Virus record (IMG/VR): IMGVR_UViG_3300032322_001673
Span: 1-58,958 of that record
From: a virus
Taxonomy: Duplodnaviria; Caudoviricetes
Strand: one strand, 5' to 3'
DNA: 58,958 nucleotides
The translations under genes were made by a program, and so were the position numbers. Below are positions 39,701 to 54,700 of the stretch, one piece after another (position 1 is the stretch's first letter; each line of letters opens with the position of its first letter). The notes under the pieces are model-generated. The model was not told the DNA's origin and did no database searches. It saw only the letters and a list, made by a program, of their open reading frames with translations.

Positions 39701-42700
39701 GTGAATGGGCTTAGCGTTTGTACGGTTGTAGCACCATTGACTGTTAATGGAGTCACATTTCTGTACACACTATTATCTATAATTGTAGCAGATTGACAGG
39801 TTAATAATGTAACGTTTGTTTCAAGAGTATTTGCTAATGTAGTTAAACTAGTTGTAGGTACAGTAAAGCCTGGATTATACGCTGTTGTGCCATTTACAAC
39901 ACGGAAGTTTGATATGTATCCTATAAAACTGGCATCATTCAATGAAAACCCACTAGTGCCTAATGCTGGACGATTTACTGTACCTGTACCTATTGTGTAG
40001 ACATTTGTATCGGCTGCAGGTGTGCCTACTAACAAACCATTGATAAACATTCTTGTAATGGAGTTTTGTCTTTGTACAGCAACATGGTACCATGTATTGA
40101 GATTTAATGCAGGTCCTGCTATGAGGTTACCACTATTAGTAAAGTAATAAAATCCAACGTTGTTACCATATAAAGTTGGAAACAGTCCCTGAGTACTGAA
40201 TGGACGCCAATCAAGAACTACATAGGTGCTTTGATTATTACCAACAATAGATGTCGGATATAACCATAATTCTATAGTAAAGTTTGATGAGCCGAAGGCT
40301 AAATTGCTAGGACTTGTAAGCTGTAAATATGTATTAAAATAACTAAACTGCCCAGACACAGCTCCTGCAAACGGTATTACTGCAGTAGTATATCCTAATC
40401 CTGTATTGTATATGGTTTGATTACTTGAACTTGAATCAGTTACATTAAACACCTGTATGGCTAAAGGTGGACTACGTGTAGTTGATGTATAATCTCCTGT
40501 TTGTCCATTTGTGTTTAAGCCCCAAACCCAAAGGGTGTTGTCTGATCGTAATGCGCTGCTTGTAGAATTTCCTGCACTTATATTAGTCCATGACCCTGAA
40601 GTTACTAATACAGGACTTAAAATGCCTGTGTTAGGAGCAAAGAATCTATCAGGATTTCCAACTACAATTGGATTACTACGTGTAAGTGCCGCACCATCAG
40701 CAATTTGTCCAGTGGTTCCTAAGCCAGTTTTGTTTAATAAATTATTACTTGTTATAAAGGTAGTTGTTCCACCATTTGCACTTATCCAATTGTTTGTTGT
40801 TGGAGTTATACCACGGAAACATAATAATACAACGTCACCAGACGTTGCTCCTTGACTAGTTGTTGTTACTGGACTAGTAGGAGGTGTAAAAATTGTTGCT
40901 CCTATTGTTGAACTAACTGTTTGATAACTAGTTGGTATAGAACCATTACAGAATCTAAAGTTGCTTAAGTATCCATTAAAATATCCTGAATCCTCATTAC
41001 CAAATATGAAAGCTTCCTGTCTATTAATAACGTAATTGATTCCAGTAACATAATCTCTTAAAACACCATTAACAAAAAATCTTACTACGCCTCCTGTTAT
41101 TGTAACAACTAAATGATACCACGTATTAGTAACAATAGCTGTTTCACCCCTTACTGTGTCATCATTAACTGAATATCTCACAGAGGCGTCACTACCAAAT
41201 AAGTTTGACCAAATTTTTATTGTAGCAAACGCTCCGCTGTTTTGACCAAATAAGGTCATATAACTTATACTAGTTCTGAAAGTGTTCCAATACGCCCAAA
41301 CTTCCATAGAAGCTGAGTTTGTTCCTATATCATATCTAGTGTTCCATGGATACTGTATCCAATCAACAAGGTTAAATTGCATACTACCACCTAAGGTTGT
41401 AGTATCATATGGATTAGTTGCGAACGGACTGAAATCAACAAACTTAGGTGCACCTTGAACAGAACTAGGAAGCACACCATTACTGCTTTCGTCTAAATAT
41501 GTGTTTACACCAACAAATACAGGATTTGATCTACTTGAATTTACGAGTGAATTGTCCCCGAATTGACCTGAAGTATTAAGACCCCATCCCATTAAAGCTG
41601 TATCGCTTCTTCTTGCTATGCTAAAGGATAACCCAATACTTACATTTGTCCAGCTAGTGTCATGTAAAAATGGTGATGGAATTTGTGTTGGTGTTGATGC
41701 GTAAACTAATGTAGGTGAACTACGATTAACAACATCATTGAACAACATTTGATTACCTGAATTCATACCCCATAAGAACAATTTGTTTCTTGTTCCTTGA
41801 CCTGTAGCTATGGCTGCATTGGTGCTTAATCCTGCAGCTATAGTTAACCATTGTGCATTTCCAAATGCTACTTGCACTGGACTTGATTTGTTTATTGAAG
41901 TTGCATCGCCTAACTGACCATTATTGTTTAATCCCCATGTCCATAATGTATTATCATTACGCAGTGCCATTGTGTATGATATGCCTAATCCAACTTGTGT
42001 ATAACTTGGTACAGTAGGTGTAAATGATGTTGAACCTAGTAGGAAAACAGTATTTGTAATTGCAGTGAAATTACCAGTTGGAATAGTGTAACTTGTACCA
42101 CTATATAATGCAGTACCAGCTAACATTCTAAAGTTGCTTATATAACCGCGGGTGTATGTTCCGTTATTATCCCAATCTCTTCCATTTGAACCAATGTATA
42201 AACTGCCTCCATAACCAGGTGTTATGACAAATGATGCATTAGTTGCTACACGTGAACCATTCCAATATAGTGAAACAGTTGAACCTGATTTTACCATAGC
42301 AGCATGATACCATGTATTTAAAATATAACCTGTGATGGTACCTGAAATTGATGTTGTCCAAGCCCATGTTCCTGATCCATATTCAAATACTAAACTTGTA
42401 GTAGTTACATAAAGTCTTGACCAGGCTTGCTGACCTATATTAGCCATCGTATAAAAAATTGCTCCGGTTCCTGCTGGGGTAGCAACTAAATGTATCCAAC
42501 CTTCAATTGTATAATCAGTAAATGATCCTACGTTAAAGTTTGAAGTGGCTGGTAAAATAATTCCATCAGCCCTATTGATCTGTCCTAAGGTTTTATTAAG
42601 ATTTAATTGCACAGAACTACTTGGCGTGAATGGTCCAAAACTAATTGGAACTGCATCGTTATCAAAAGTTAATCTTAAATTACTTGTGCTTAAATCATTT

Positions 42701-45700
42701 AAGAATATGTTATTACGTTGTACTAGTGTTGGTATTGTTGTACCTGTATCTAATTGTTGTGCTAAGTTTAATTGTACAGGTCTCGATCTGCTTAACGCAT
42801 CGTATATACCAAGTTGTCCTGTAGTGTTAAGTCCCCATGCAAATAATAAGTTAGCGGAATTTATCATAAATGATAAATCTCTACCTGCAGAAATTACAGT
42901 TGAACTTAGTAATACTGGACTTGACGCATTAATTAATACAGGACTTGATTTTGTAATTGCAGTATTATCGCCTAATTGACCTGAAGTGTTAAGTCCCCAT
43001 GCAAAAACTTGTTCGTTCGTAGTTTTTGCAATGCTATGTGATGCTCCAGCTGACACAGTTGACCAACTTAATACATTGTTTATTATAGTTGGGATTCCTA
43101 ATTGTGTATATAAACCTGAATTAGTTACTAATGTAGGACTGGATCTATTTACTGCAGTATTATTTCCTAATTGTCCACTTGTGTTTAATCCCCAAACATA
43201 TAAGCCGCTGCTATTATACCCAAACGAACTAGAACCTGCTGTTTGCGCTTTTGTAGTAAAAGGAGTTGATATATTTGATAACGATGCGCCTAATGTAGTG
43301 TATGTTAATAGTGCTGTCTGTCCTGCAGTAATAGCACTTATATTGGTACCTGCACTCTGTGTAGCTGTTAGTACAGTCGTTGGCACAGTAAAGTTACCTG
43401 TGTACACTGCTACACCTTTAACTACACGCATGTTTGATATTAAACCAAACCAAAACTGACCGTTGCTGTTGTTACTTCCTATACGTGATATACCTGTGCT
43501 ACCAGAAAAATCACGAGAGATCCCCGAAGCCACTTGGACACCGTCTCTAAATATTCTACAATAATTTCCAGCTGCAGAATTAACAAGCGCATAATGATAC
43601 CATGTATTAATAACTACTGGATTTGGATCATTTAATAAACCAACTGCATTATTTGTCAGCCAAATTCTTTGGTTAAAGATACCAAAACTAAATGTAGTTC
43701 CTAATAATAAATGTTGATACCCATCAGCTGGAGCAAATGATGCTAAGTAGAACCATGCTTCAACAGTGTATTCACCTGACAATGCTGTTATGTTTGCTGC
43801 TACAGGCATTGCAATATTATCACCATTACCATTAAAGTAACCTGAAACAGCTCCTGTTACAGGGAAAGTATTTGTAGTATATGTTGTTCCAGTTCTAGTT
43901 AATGTGTATGCATAACTACTCACATCTAAAACTGTAAAAGTTTGCGGGAATAACACCACCGGAAATGATTTTGAAATAACTGTATTGTCACCCAACTGTC
44001 CACTAGTGCCTAACCCCCATGCATATACCATTCCAAGTTCATCAGTAACCACTGAAGTGCTTTGGCCAGCTGAAACACTTACATATGAACTTCCTGCTAC
44101 TTGCGCTGGGAATCTATACCTGTTTGGTATATTAAATCCAGTGTTCAAACTGTTAGGAGCACCTACTAAAGTAGGAACTGATCTAGTAGCTGTAGCAAGA
44201 TTATCACCAATTGCACCATTATTACCTAATCCCCAAGCATACATTAAACCAGTATTTTGAACTGCTGCCCCATGAATCCAACCTGCACTTATCTGTGTAT
44301 AACTGCTTGTACCTGCACCAGTTACTAAAACTGGATTTGATCGGTTAATTGATGTACCATCACCTAATTGATTAGAGTCATTTAAACCCCATGCATAAGG
44401 AATGCCATTACTAGTAAATCCACTAATCCCTAACAATCCCATTGACCAGTTTTGTCCAGCACTTACTGTCACCCAACTACCTGATCCTATTTGTACTGGG
44501 GCAGAGCGATTTATAGTATTGTTAATACCCAGTTGACCTCTATTATTATTTCCCCATCCAAATATTAATCCTGAACCAACTTCTTTACCTAAAACATGAT
44601 CAAACCCTAATGACACTAATTGAACTAAGTTACCGAAGAATCCAGTAGTTACTTGTGTCGGAATACTTCTGTTTATTGTATTACCTAATCCTAATTGACC
44701 TGAGCTATTAAGTCCAAATGTGTAAAGATTTAAATTTGTGTTAATTATCGCTGCAAAACTTGCACCGGCGTATACCTGATCGCCATTAGCCACTATAGTA
44801 AATGATGCAGGAGTAGTTCTATTAACAGTTGTTCCTGTCCCTAATTGACCTACATTATTTAATCCCCAACTCCAAACTGATAAATTATCACGCAACGCTA
44901 AACCATGTGCGCCGCCTGCAGCAATTTTTGTAAAAATATTACCTGCAGCAATATTAACGGGACTTGATTTGTTGATGGATGTGCCATCACCTAATTGATT
45001 GCTGGTATTACTTCCCCAACTCCATAAGCTTCCATCTGAGCGAATTGCTAAACTAAAGTTACTACCTGCAGCAACAGCATTCCAACTGTTGGTGCCACCT
45101 ACCAACACTGGGCTAGAACGATTCACAGCATCGTTTGTACCTAATTGACCTCCAGTGCCAGCTCCCCAAGCGTATAAGAATCCGTCGCTACGAATAGCTA
45201 GTGTATGGCTACCTCCTGCTGATAACTGTGCCCAACTTTGTGGTTGAATAATTAATGAAATTGCTGTTGAGTTACCCCATGTATAAAGACCAAAATTTTG
45301 ATCTACAGCTAGGTTATGATCAAAGAACGATGAAATTTGTGTCCAACTAGTTGCAATTTTCTTATTAGCATCAACTTGTACAGGACTTGAGCGATTAATA
45401 GAAGTAGAATCACCTAATTGATTAACTGAGTTTTGTCCCCAACCCCATAATGTATAGTCATTTCGTATAGCAACAGTGTGGCTTATACCAGCTGATACAC
45501 TTATCCAACTATTAGTTCCTAATTGTAACGGTGTTGATCTATTGATTGTATTATTAAATCCGGTTTGTCCTAACCCACCAGAACCCCAAGCATATATTCT
45601 ACCTAAAGTATCTATACCAGCCGCATGAAAGTTACCGCCTGCTACACTAACAAAACTAACTCCTGCTGCCACTACCTGTACTGGACTTGACTTAGTGATA

Positions 45701-48700
45701 GTGGTGTTGTCGCCTAAAATTCCGGTAGTATTTCCTCCCCATGCCCATAGTGTACCATCTGTTCTGACTGCAAAGCTATTGTTTGTTGCTGCACCAATAA
45801 ACGTATATCTACTATTACCAATAACAACTGGACTTGATTTAGTTACTGTGGTCCCATCACCTAGTTGTCCACTTGTATTAGAACCCCAAGCAAATAATAT
45901 ACCATCACTACGAATTCCTAATGTGTGTGCTGAGCCTGGTGCAATTTGTGTCCATGATGTAGGTGATTCAGTATTAGTTAATATTACACTGTTTACATCA
46001 CCCCATGTCCATAAGTTTAAATTACTTGAAATAGCAAGTGCATGGTTCGCACCTATACTTAATTGCGTAAAGCTAGTTGTACCACTAATTAATACTGGAC
46101 TTGATTTAGCTAAGGTAGTACCATCACCTAGTTGATACAATGTGTTTTGACCCCATGACCACATTGAATTATTATTACGTAATGCAATAGTATAAGATAA
46201 ACCTGAACTTACCGTAGTCCAGCTATTTGCAATTGAGCCTACTAATACAGGACTACTCCTATTAATTGTAGTACCGTCACCTAATTGACCTGTGTTATTG
46301 CTACCAAACGTAAATAGTCTACCATCACTAAATGTTAATGCAGTGTGTAATTCACCTGCTGATAGTGTGTTTGTAGCAGGAGCAATTAATGTATTTCCTG
46401 TTGTTAATGCTAATACTACAGTTTGTGATCCGAACAGTGGTGTAAATGGTCCTCTGTATGGTACCATACCTGTAGGGAATAAAGCGGTTGTGTATAGTGC
46501 TGTACCATTTATAATTCTTACGTTGTTTAAATTTTGGTTAGCTCCTGCAGCTCCTCCACCATCACCTGAAGCATATATTAATGGATTAGTTGCATCCCCT
46601 ACATTACCTGAATAAATGGCAATTGATTGTACACTACCATTGACCCAAAGATTCATGTTTGAACCTGATCTTGTTACTGCAATATGATACCATGTGTTTA
46701 CTGCTATAATGCTAGCTATAGAAAGAGTAGGCACTCCTCCAGATCCAATGAATTCTAGTTGTGCCGGTGATGCTATTGTTGTACGGAATCTCCATCCTGT
46801 TGTTCCTGTTAATCTTAACGAATCATTTACTGCTCCATTATTCGTTGATCGGAACCACATTTCAATTGTAAAGTCCCCTGTCATTAATAGATTTGCATTT
46901 GCTGGTGTTGATGCGAATCCACTGTTAGGTGTGCTTACAGTGCTTAATGCAATAGCTCCAGGGTACAATGTATTATCTGTTACAAATGAAACAAAGGCAT
47001 TAACTGTTGCAGTTGATTGTGATATTTGTTCCACAAAATTAGTAGGTGCAGTTAATGAAGAAACTAACGTTGGATTACTACGATTTATCGTATCATTTAA
47101 TCCAAGTTGTCCTGAACTATTCAAGCCCCAAGTATAAATTCTACCATCACTATTTCTTGCGACACTATGACTACCACCTGCAGTAACATTTGTCCAACTA
47201 CCATACCATGACCCTGGTATACCAAATACACCTGCTACTAGTGTTGGACTTGAACGGTTGACTGCAGAGTTATCTCCTAGTTGCCCTACTGCATTACTTC
47301 CCCATGCATATAATAATCCATCACTACGTATAGCTAGTACATGTGCTACAGAACCTTCACCAACACTAATTTGTGTCCAACTAAATGTTTCTGTGCTTAA
47401 GTTAGTGACTGCACCTGGACCCCATAGATATAGTCTTCCCGAAGTATCTCTTGCTCCTGCATGACTCCAACCTGCACTTACTGTAGCCCAACTTACGTTA
47501 GGTGCAATTTGAACGGGCATTGATCTATTAATTGCATTTGTGTTACCTAATTGGAATCCACTGTTCAGTCCCCATGCATATAATCTACCATTTGAATCAA
47601 CTGCTGTTGCAAAACTGTTGCCACCTGCTATAGATACAAAACTTCCCCCACCGTTCGCTGTTATAATGATAGGACTACTTCTATTAATTGTAGAATTATT
47701 TCCTAATTGTCCTGCTGTATTTTGACCCCACATATAAAGTATGCCGGTATTTGTAAGTGCCATACCAAATTGGAATCCTGATGCTACAGCAGTAATTCCA
47801 GCACCTGTGATTGCACTTATGTTAGCGCCTGAACTTTGTGTTGTTGCTAATGGTCTTGATGGTACTGTGAATCCTATTCCTGTGTATACAGCAACACCTG
47901 AAACAATTCTTAAATCTGAAATAAATCCATTGAAGAAACTAGCCGCACTTAAATTACTTGCAATTCCTATAAACAAATCACCCGTAGTACTTGACATTGG
48001 GTTAATGTCTGTAGTGCTTGTAGATAGTGATCCATTAATATATATTCTTACTAAGTTAGCAGAAGTTTTAACAAACGCTAAGTGTGTCCAAGCTCCGGTA
48101 CTGATTGATAAGGCTGGGGTTTCTGCTAATATACCTGAAGCAGTTCCAGTAAATCCATAACGCCAAGATACACTAGCGTTTTGTTGAACAGAGAAGGCCC
48201 ATGTTGATGTTGCCGTTACTCCATAGTTCCAGTTTCTAGAAGCAATTACAAATTGATTTTGTACGGCACCTGTTGTTCCAGTAGGTATAGAATTTAAATA
48301 TATCCAACATTCAAATGTCCAGTTCGTTGATGCAGGTATACTGAATAAATCTAATCCACTAAGTGGTACTTGTAAATATCCATTTCCTGTAAATGAAACT
48401 GCATATCCTGCATAACTTCCTATATCACGTGTGATTGTAGGAATTGTACCCCCTGCAGTGCTTATAGTATTGATACCAACGGTATCTATGAAAGCTGCTT
48501 GTTGTAATCCTAAGAATTTTGTTCCGCCTGAGAACAATACTGTAGGATTTGATCTATTGATAGTAGTGTTATCACCTACTGATCCTAAATTGTTTTGACC
48601 CCAACCGTATAAATTACCTATGCTATCTATTGCATATGCGTTACTTGTTTGTACGCTAATCTGTGACCAACTAACTGAACTTTGCGCTGGGCCAACTAAT

Positions 48701-51700
48701 ACAGGACTTGATCTATTAATTGCATCGTTTGATCCCAATTGACCTGAACTATTTAATCCCCATGCAAATAATCTGCCATCACTTCTAATTGCCATCGCAG
48801 AACTGTCTGTATATGCAACTTGAGTCCAACTGTTTGGATCAATTAATATATTAAGGTCTCTACCCCACAACCAAAGCTTGTTATTTGTATCAATAGCAGC
48901 AGAATTGAATTCCCCTCCCACAACTGAAGTAAAGCTTGCACTTGCAGTTATGAGTACCGGACTTGATCTGTTAATTGTAGTGTTGTTTCCTAATTGAAAA
49001 CTTGTGTTTAATCCCCAACCAAACAAATTATTTCTACTATTAATAGCTAAAGTATAGAAATATGCCGATGATACTGAATTCCAGCTACCTGCTATTTGTA
49101 CCGGACTTGATTTGCTAATAGTTGTGCCATCACCAAGTTGACCCTGATCATTTCTTCCCCAAACATATAAGAAATTATTTCTAATAGCTGCAAGATTAAA
49201 TTCACTTGCACTTATCGAACTCCAACTATTTGTGTCTAATTGCGTTGGGCTACTTCTACTAATGACATCATTAAAACCAAGTTGTCCATCGCTATTGCGT
49301 CCCCAAACAAAAATATTACCACCTAATCGTATTGCTGCAACAAATTCAGTTCCTACATTTACACTAGTCCAACTACTAGTACTAACAAGAACAGGACTTG
49401 ATCGTGAAATTACATCACTTACTCCTAATTGACCTATAGTACCTAAACCCCATGTCCAAAGTGAACCATCGCTACGTATCGCAGCAGTAAAACTTCCTCT
49501 ACCACCATTACTAACTTGACTCCATGAGAATGGTGTTACGTTGTTTATGTTTAATGAAGGGCCGGCTCCCCAACCAAATAATGCACCATCACTGCGAATT
49601 GCTAAACTATGGCTTGCACCAGAACTTACTTTAGTCCAGCTTCCTGATGCAATAACAACAGGACTAAATTTGTTTACCGTTGTAGTATCTCCTACCTGTC
49701 TATTATTGTTCCAGCCCCAACCATATAATTGACCTGCACTATCAATACCTGAGCTAAATGAAATTCCTGCATCAACTTGACTCCAACTGCTACTAGCTAC
49801 CTGTACAGGACTCCAACGATTCATATCAGGTATATTACCAACTAAAACAGGACTTGACCTATTAATTGCATCATTATATCCCATTTGTCCGCTTGCATTT
49901 GCTCCCCATGCCCATAAGGTGCCATCTGATTGTCTAGCGACCACATGACTTTGACCTGCACCTACTTGTGACCAAGAATTACCTAGTGTTACTGAATTTG
50001 TGTCTGTCAATAACAACAATGATGTTTGTCCTGCAGTGATAGCACTTATATTAACCCCTGCACTTTGTGTTGCTGTTAATGGGCTAGTTGGTACTGTGAA
50101 GTTGCCTGTGTATACAGCTACTCCTCTTACTACCCTTACATTTGATACATATCCAGAAAGGAAAACAGTAGCGGGGTTTGTGGCATCTGCCCCTAAAAGT
50201 GGTCTGTTTGCACCATTATTATAATTATTTGGATCAGTGTATGTACTGCCTGCTTGTGTTCCATTTATATACATTCTTGTTGAGGTTGAACTTTTTACAA
50301 CGGCAACATGATACCATGTATTAACAGAAACGGTTGATGAATTTATAGCATCTACAACATTTACAAAATACGTAATTGAAACTGTAGCTAATCTAAAATA
50401 GATAGTTGGGAAAGGTCCGTTACTTCCAGCTGGTCTTTGGTCATAAATATTTTGGTTAGCAGAGACACTCCTTAAATATACCCATAGTTCAATGGTAAAA
50501 TCGCCTGTACCAAAAATAAAATTACCTGATGTCGCTGCAGTGTTTAAAGTATCAATTCCCGAAAATAATGCTGATACTGTATTTGCAAATGGTATTATTG
50601 AAGTTGTAACAGCTAGGGTCGAAGTTGCAGCCATTGGTAATAAATTTGTACCACCGTCTGTTACTGTTAAACTTCTGACTTGTGTTGGTCTTGATCTATC
50701 AATTGTCTCACCGTTACCTAGTTGTCCTAAATTATTTTGTCCCCATGCCCAAAGAGTTGAATCTGTTGCTATCGCTGTTGCAAAAACTCCGCCTGCTGAA
50801 ATTGTTGTCCAACTAATTAGCCCTACTGTTGATACTAATGTTGCATTACTACGGTTTATACTTGTATTATTACCTAATTGACCATTAGAATTAATACCCC
50901 AACCATATGCTAAACCGTTAGTTAAGCGTGCCATTGTGAAATCAAGTCCAGCTGAGACAATAGTCCAAGATGAAACATCAAAAGGTGTGGCTAATAGCGT
51001 AGGATTTGATCTATTAATAATTGTGTTATTACCTAATTGTCCACTTGTGTTAAGGCCCCATGCATATGCTGTACCTGTTGTTGTAATGCCAGCTGTATGT
51101 GAATACCCTGCGGTCACCGCACTCCAACTTCCTGCAATTGTTGTTATCTGTACAGGAGTTGATCTATTAATTGTAGAGTTGATGCCTAAAATGCCATTAG
51201 TATTATTACCCCAAGCGTATAATTTTCCAGTCTCAGTGATTCCCACGCTGTGTGTAACACCTGCTGATACAACTGTCCAACTTTCTGATATAGATGTTAC
51301 CTGTACAGGAGATCCAGTGTTTGTTGTATTATTAACTCCTAGTTGACCGCTTGTACCTAAGCCCCATGCCCATAGTGTACCATCATTTCTAATTGCTAAT
51401 GTGTGAAATCTACCTGTTGAAATACTAGTCCAACTACTTGTTCCAATTTGTACAGGGCTACTACGTGCTAATATATCACCAGTTCCTATTTGACCTTGAT
51501 CATTATCTCCCCAAATGAATAGTATACCATCATTACGTATTCCATTAGAATTAAAAGAACTACTATTAGTGGTAATTAAAGTAAATGATTGCGCAGTGTT
51601 TAATCTTCCTGCTTGACCTACGTTATTAACACCCCAACTCCACAATGAACCATCTGTTCTTGTTGCTAGTGCGTGTGTATCACCTGCTGATACAGTAACC

Positions 51701-54700
51701 CAACTGTTACCTAATATAGTTGCAGGAGATGTAAGCACTAGTAATGATGTTTGTCCTGAAGTAATTGCACTAATATTATATCCTGCACTTTGTGTTGCTG
51801 TTAAATTAGTTGTAGGTGGGAAAAACTCTCCAGTGTAAACAACTACACCTTTTACTATACGTACATTAGATACATAACCATTAAACGTTGTACCCTGCAC
51901 TGCGCCTATATTAACTTCAAATCTGTTGTCTGCTTGCGGTGTGCCTACTTTTGCTGCAGTAGCAACTAAAACTCCATTATGATATAAGCGTATTATACCA
52001 GTGGAATTGGTATGTGTCATTGCAATATGATGCCAGTTGTTTATATTACAACTACCACCTTGTGCTACAGTTACGGCTCCGCCGTTGAAATAATAAAAAT
52101 AAACATTACCATTAGTGTTAACACCAAACGCCCAATATGTACTAGTTGACCATGCTAATCCATGACTTAATACTAGTGGGGTTGAGTTACTCGGACTTAC
52201 AGCCAACACCAATGGATAAATCCAACATTCCATTGTGTAGTCAGCATCGTACCAAACTGCCATGTTTGCGTTATATGGCATTTCCATACCCCAAGTTAAA
52301 CCTGGTGCACAAAACGCACTTACACTATTTGCAAATGGTACAATTGTTCTTTCTATATTCTGTCCATATGCTCTAATTTGATTGTTAAAAGTACTTTGAT
52401 CTTGTATTGTATAACCTATTTGTGTTGGTAATGATTTACTAACGTTAAAATTATCACCTGTTTGGAATGATGTGTTTAACCCCCAACCGTATAATCTATT
52501 ATTAGAATCAATAGCCAGTGAAAAATTATTACCTGCACTTACTTGACTCCAGCTACTACTGCTGACTAGTGTAGGACTATTTCTGTCTACAGCATTGCCT
52601 AATCCTAATTGACCTGAACTATTTAAGCCCCATGCAAAAAGTGAGCCATCACTACGAATAGCTAGTGTATGACTGAATCCTGTGCTAACTTGACTCCAAC
52701 TTTGCGGTAATGTCACTAATCCTATTGCTGTGCTATTACCCCATGTCCACAATGTTGTATCACTACGTATTGCTAATACGTGATCAAATTCTGCTGCTAC
52801 TGCTAGCCAACTACTTGCATTTAATTGTATAGGACTACTACGATTAATTGTATCATTTTGACCTAACTGTCCACTTGTGTTTAATCCCCAACCATACAAT
52901 AAATTATTTAAATCAATGGCTACACTAAAACTACTAGCTGCTTCTACAGTAGTCCAGCTACTACTACCAACTTGCGCTGGGCTATAATTTTGTGCTGTTA
53001 CTCTAGCTCCTACTTGTACTGGACTTGAGAAAACAGTTGTTACTAAGCCTACATTGTCAGGTCCCCAAACTAATCCAGCATAGTTTGAAGTTATTGTTGA
53101 TGCAGGACCAACTCTTGTGTAGTTTGTTGCGGCTCCTATTTGTATCGGCACTGAGGCAGCGTTAAAGTTTGCAAAATTTATATTTTGAGCAATTAAACCA
53201 TTGTTATTGGTTCCCCATACCCATAATGCGCCGGTTGTTGTAATACCGTAACTTGAATCACTATGTGTTGCAACCTGTGACCAGCTATTTGTTCCTATTT
53301 GTACTGGGTTTGAAATATTATTTCCCGAAGGCGGTGTTCCATTGCCCCATGGAGCTCCCCAACCAAATGCTGCACGATCTGTTGTTCTGATTGCTATTAA
53401 ATGACTCGCACCTGAACTCACTGTTGTCCAACTAGTTGTATTAAATGGAGATGCTAACAATACAGGGTTACTGCGGTTAACACCAGGTTGACTATTACCT
53501 AACTGTCCTATATTATTTCTACCCCACGTGTACATTATGGAGTCAGTGCGTAATGCAGCCATATGGCTATAACCAACACTTACTAAAGTCCAACTACTTG
53601 CATTGAACGGTGATGCTAATAGTACAGGGCTTGATTTGTTTATGGTAGTATTATCACCTAATTGCCCACTTGAATTATTACCCCATGTGAATAATATATT
53701 ACTTGAATTTAATGCTGCTGTGTTGCTTAACTGTGTGCTAACTTGATTCCAACTACCAGTGACTTGTACAGGACTACTACGGTTAATAGTATCATTCTGA
53801 CCTAGTTGACCATTACTATTATCACCCCACATCCAGAGTGTTCTATCTGTTTTAATCGCAGCTTTTGCGAAAGTAGATTGATATATTGGTGCAATACTAG
53901 CCCATTCATTTGTACCTATTTGTACAGGACTTGATCTAAAAATTGTTGTTCCGTCACCTGGATTACTTCCCCAACTCCATAGCGTACCGTCTGCTCTTAA
54001 TGCAAGGCCTCCTGCAATAGCTACATAAGATGGATTAACATCTGCTATTCCATTTTGTCCAAATGTGTTATTACCCCAACCAAACAATCTACCTACTGCA
54101 TCAATACCTAATGTTTGATCGACACCGTTACTAATTAATGTCCAACTACTTGCGCCTATTTGTACAGGGCTTGATTTATTAATACTTGTACCATCACCTA
54201 ATTGACCACTAGAATTAAAGCCCCACGCATATAGTAAATTATTGTTATTAGTTGCGAATGATGCACTATTACCTGCAAATACACTAGTCCAACCTGAGCC
54301 GGCAATGTTTACCGGACTATTTTTTAATGTGACCGTCAAATCTCCAACCTGTCCCTGAGCATTTGCACCCCAAGCCCACAATGTATTGTCAGATTTAATT
54401 GCAAGTGTGTTTTGAGCACCTGCACTTATTGTAGTCCATGATTGAACTTCTGTTACAAGGCCAATCGCATTAAAATTACCCCATGTCCAAAGTGTATTAT
54501 CACTGCGTATAGCTAAGACATGATCTAGCCCTGTGCTAAGAGTTAGCCAGCTACCTGAAGCAGTTTGAATTGGACTACTTCTACTTGTTATAGTAGAGAT
54601 ACCCATTTGACCTGATGTGCCTAATCCCCAGGCCCATAATGTTCCGTCACTTCGTTTAGCTACAAAGAATCTATCTCCTGCATCAACTTGACTCCAACTT

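Noticed and set aside
42900-42950. Doubled SSPVLINASSPVLL counted as an extra closer
   Set aside because: It looks like a short exact local duplication, unlike the divergent, longer-linker closers. This is a judgement call, as is treating TNTESPT (~45960) as an opener; both affect the blade count of the nesting model.
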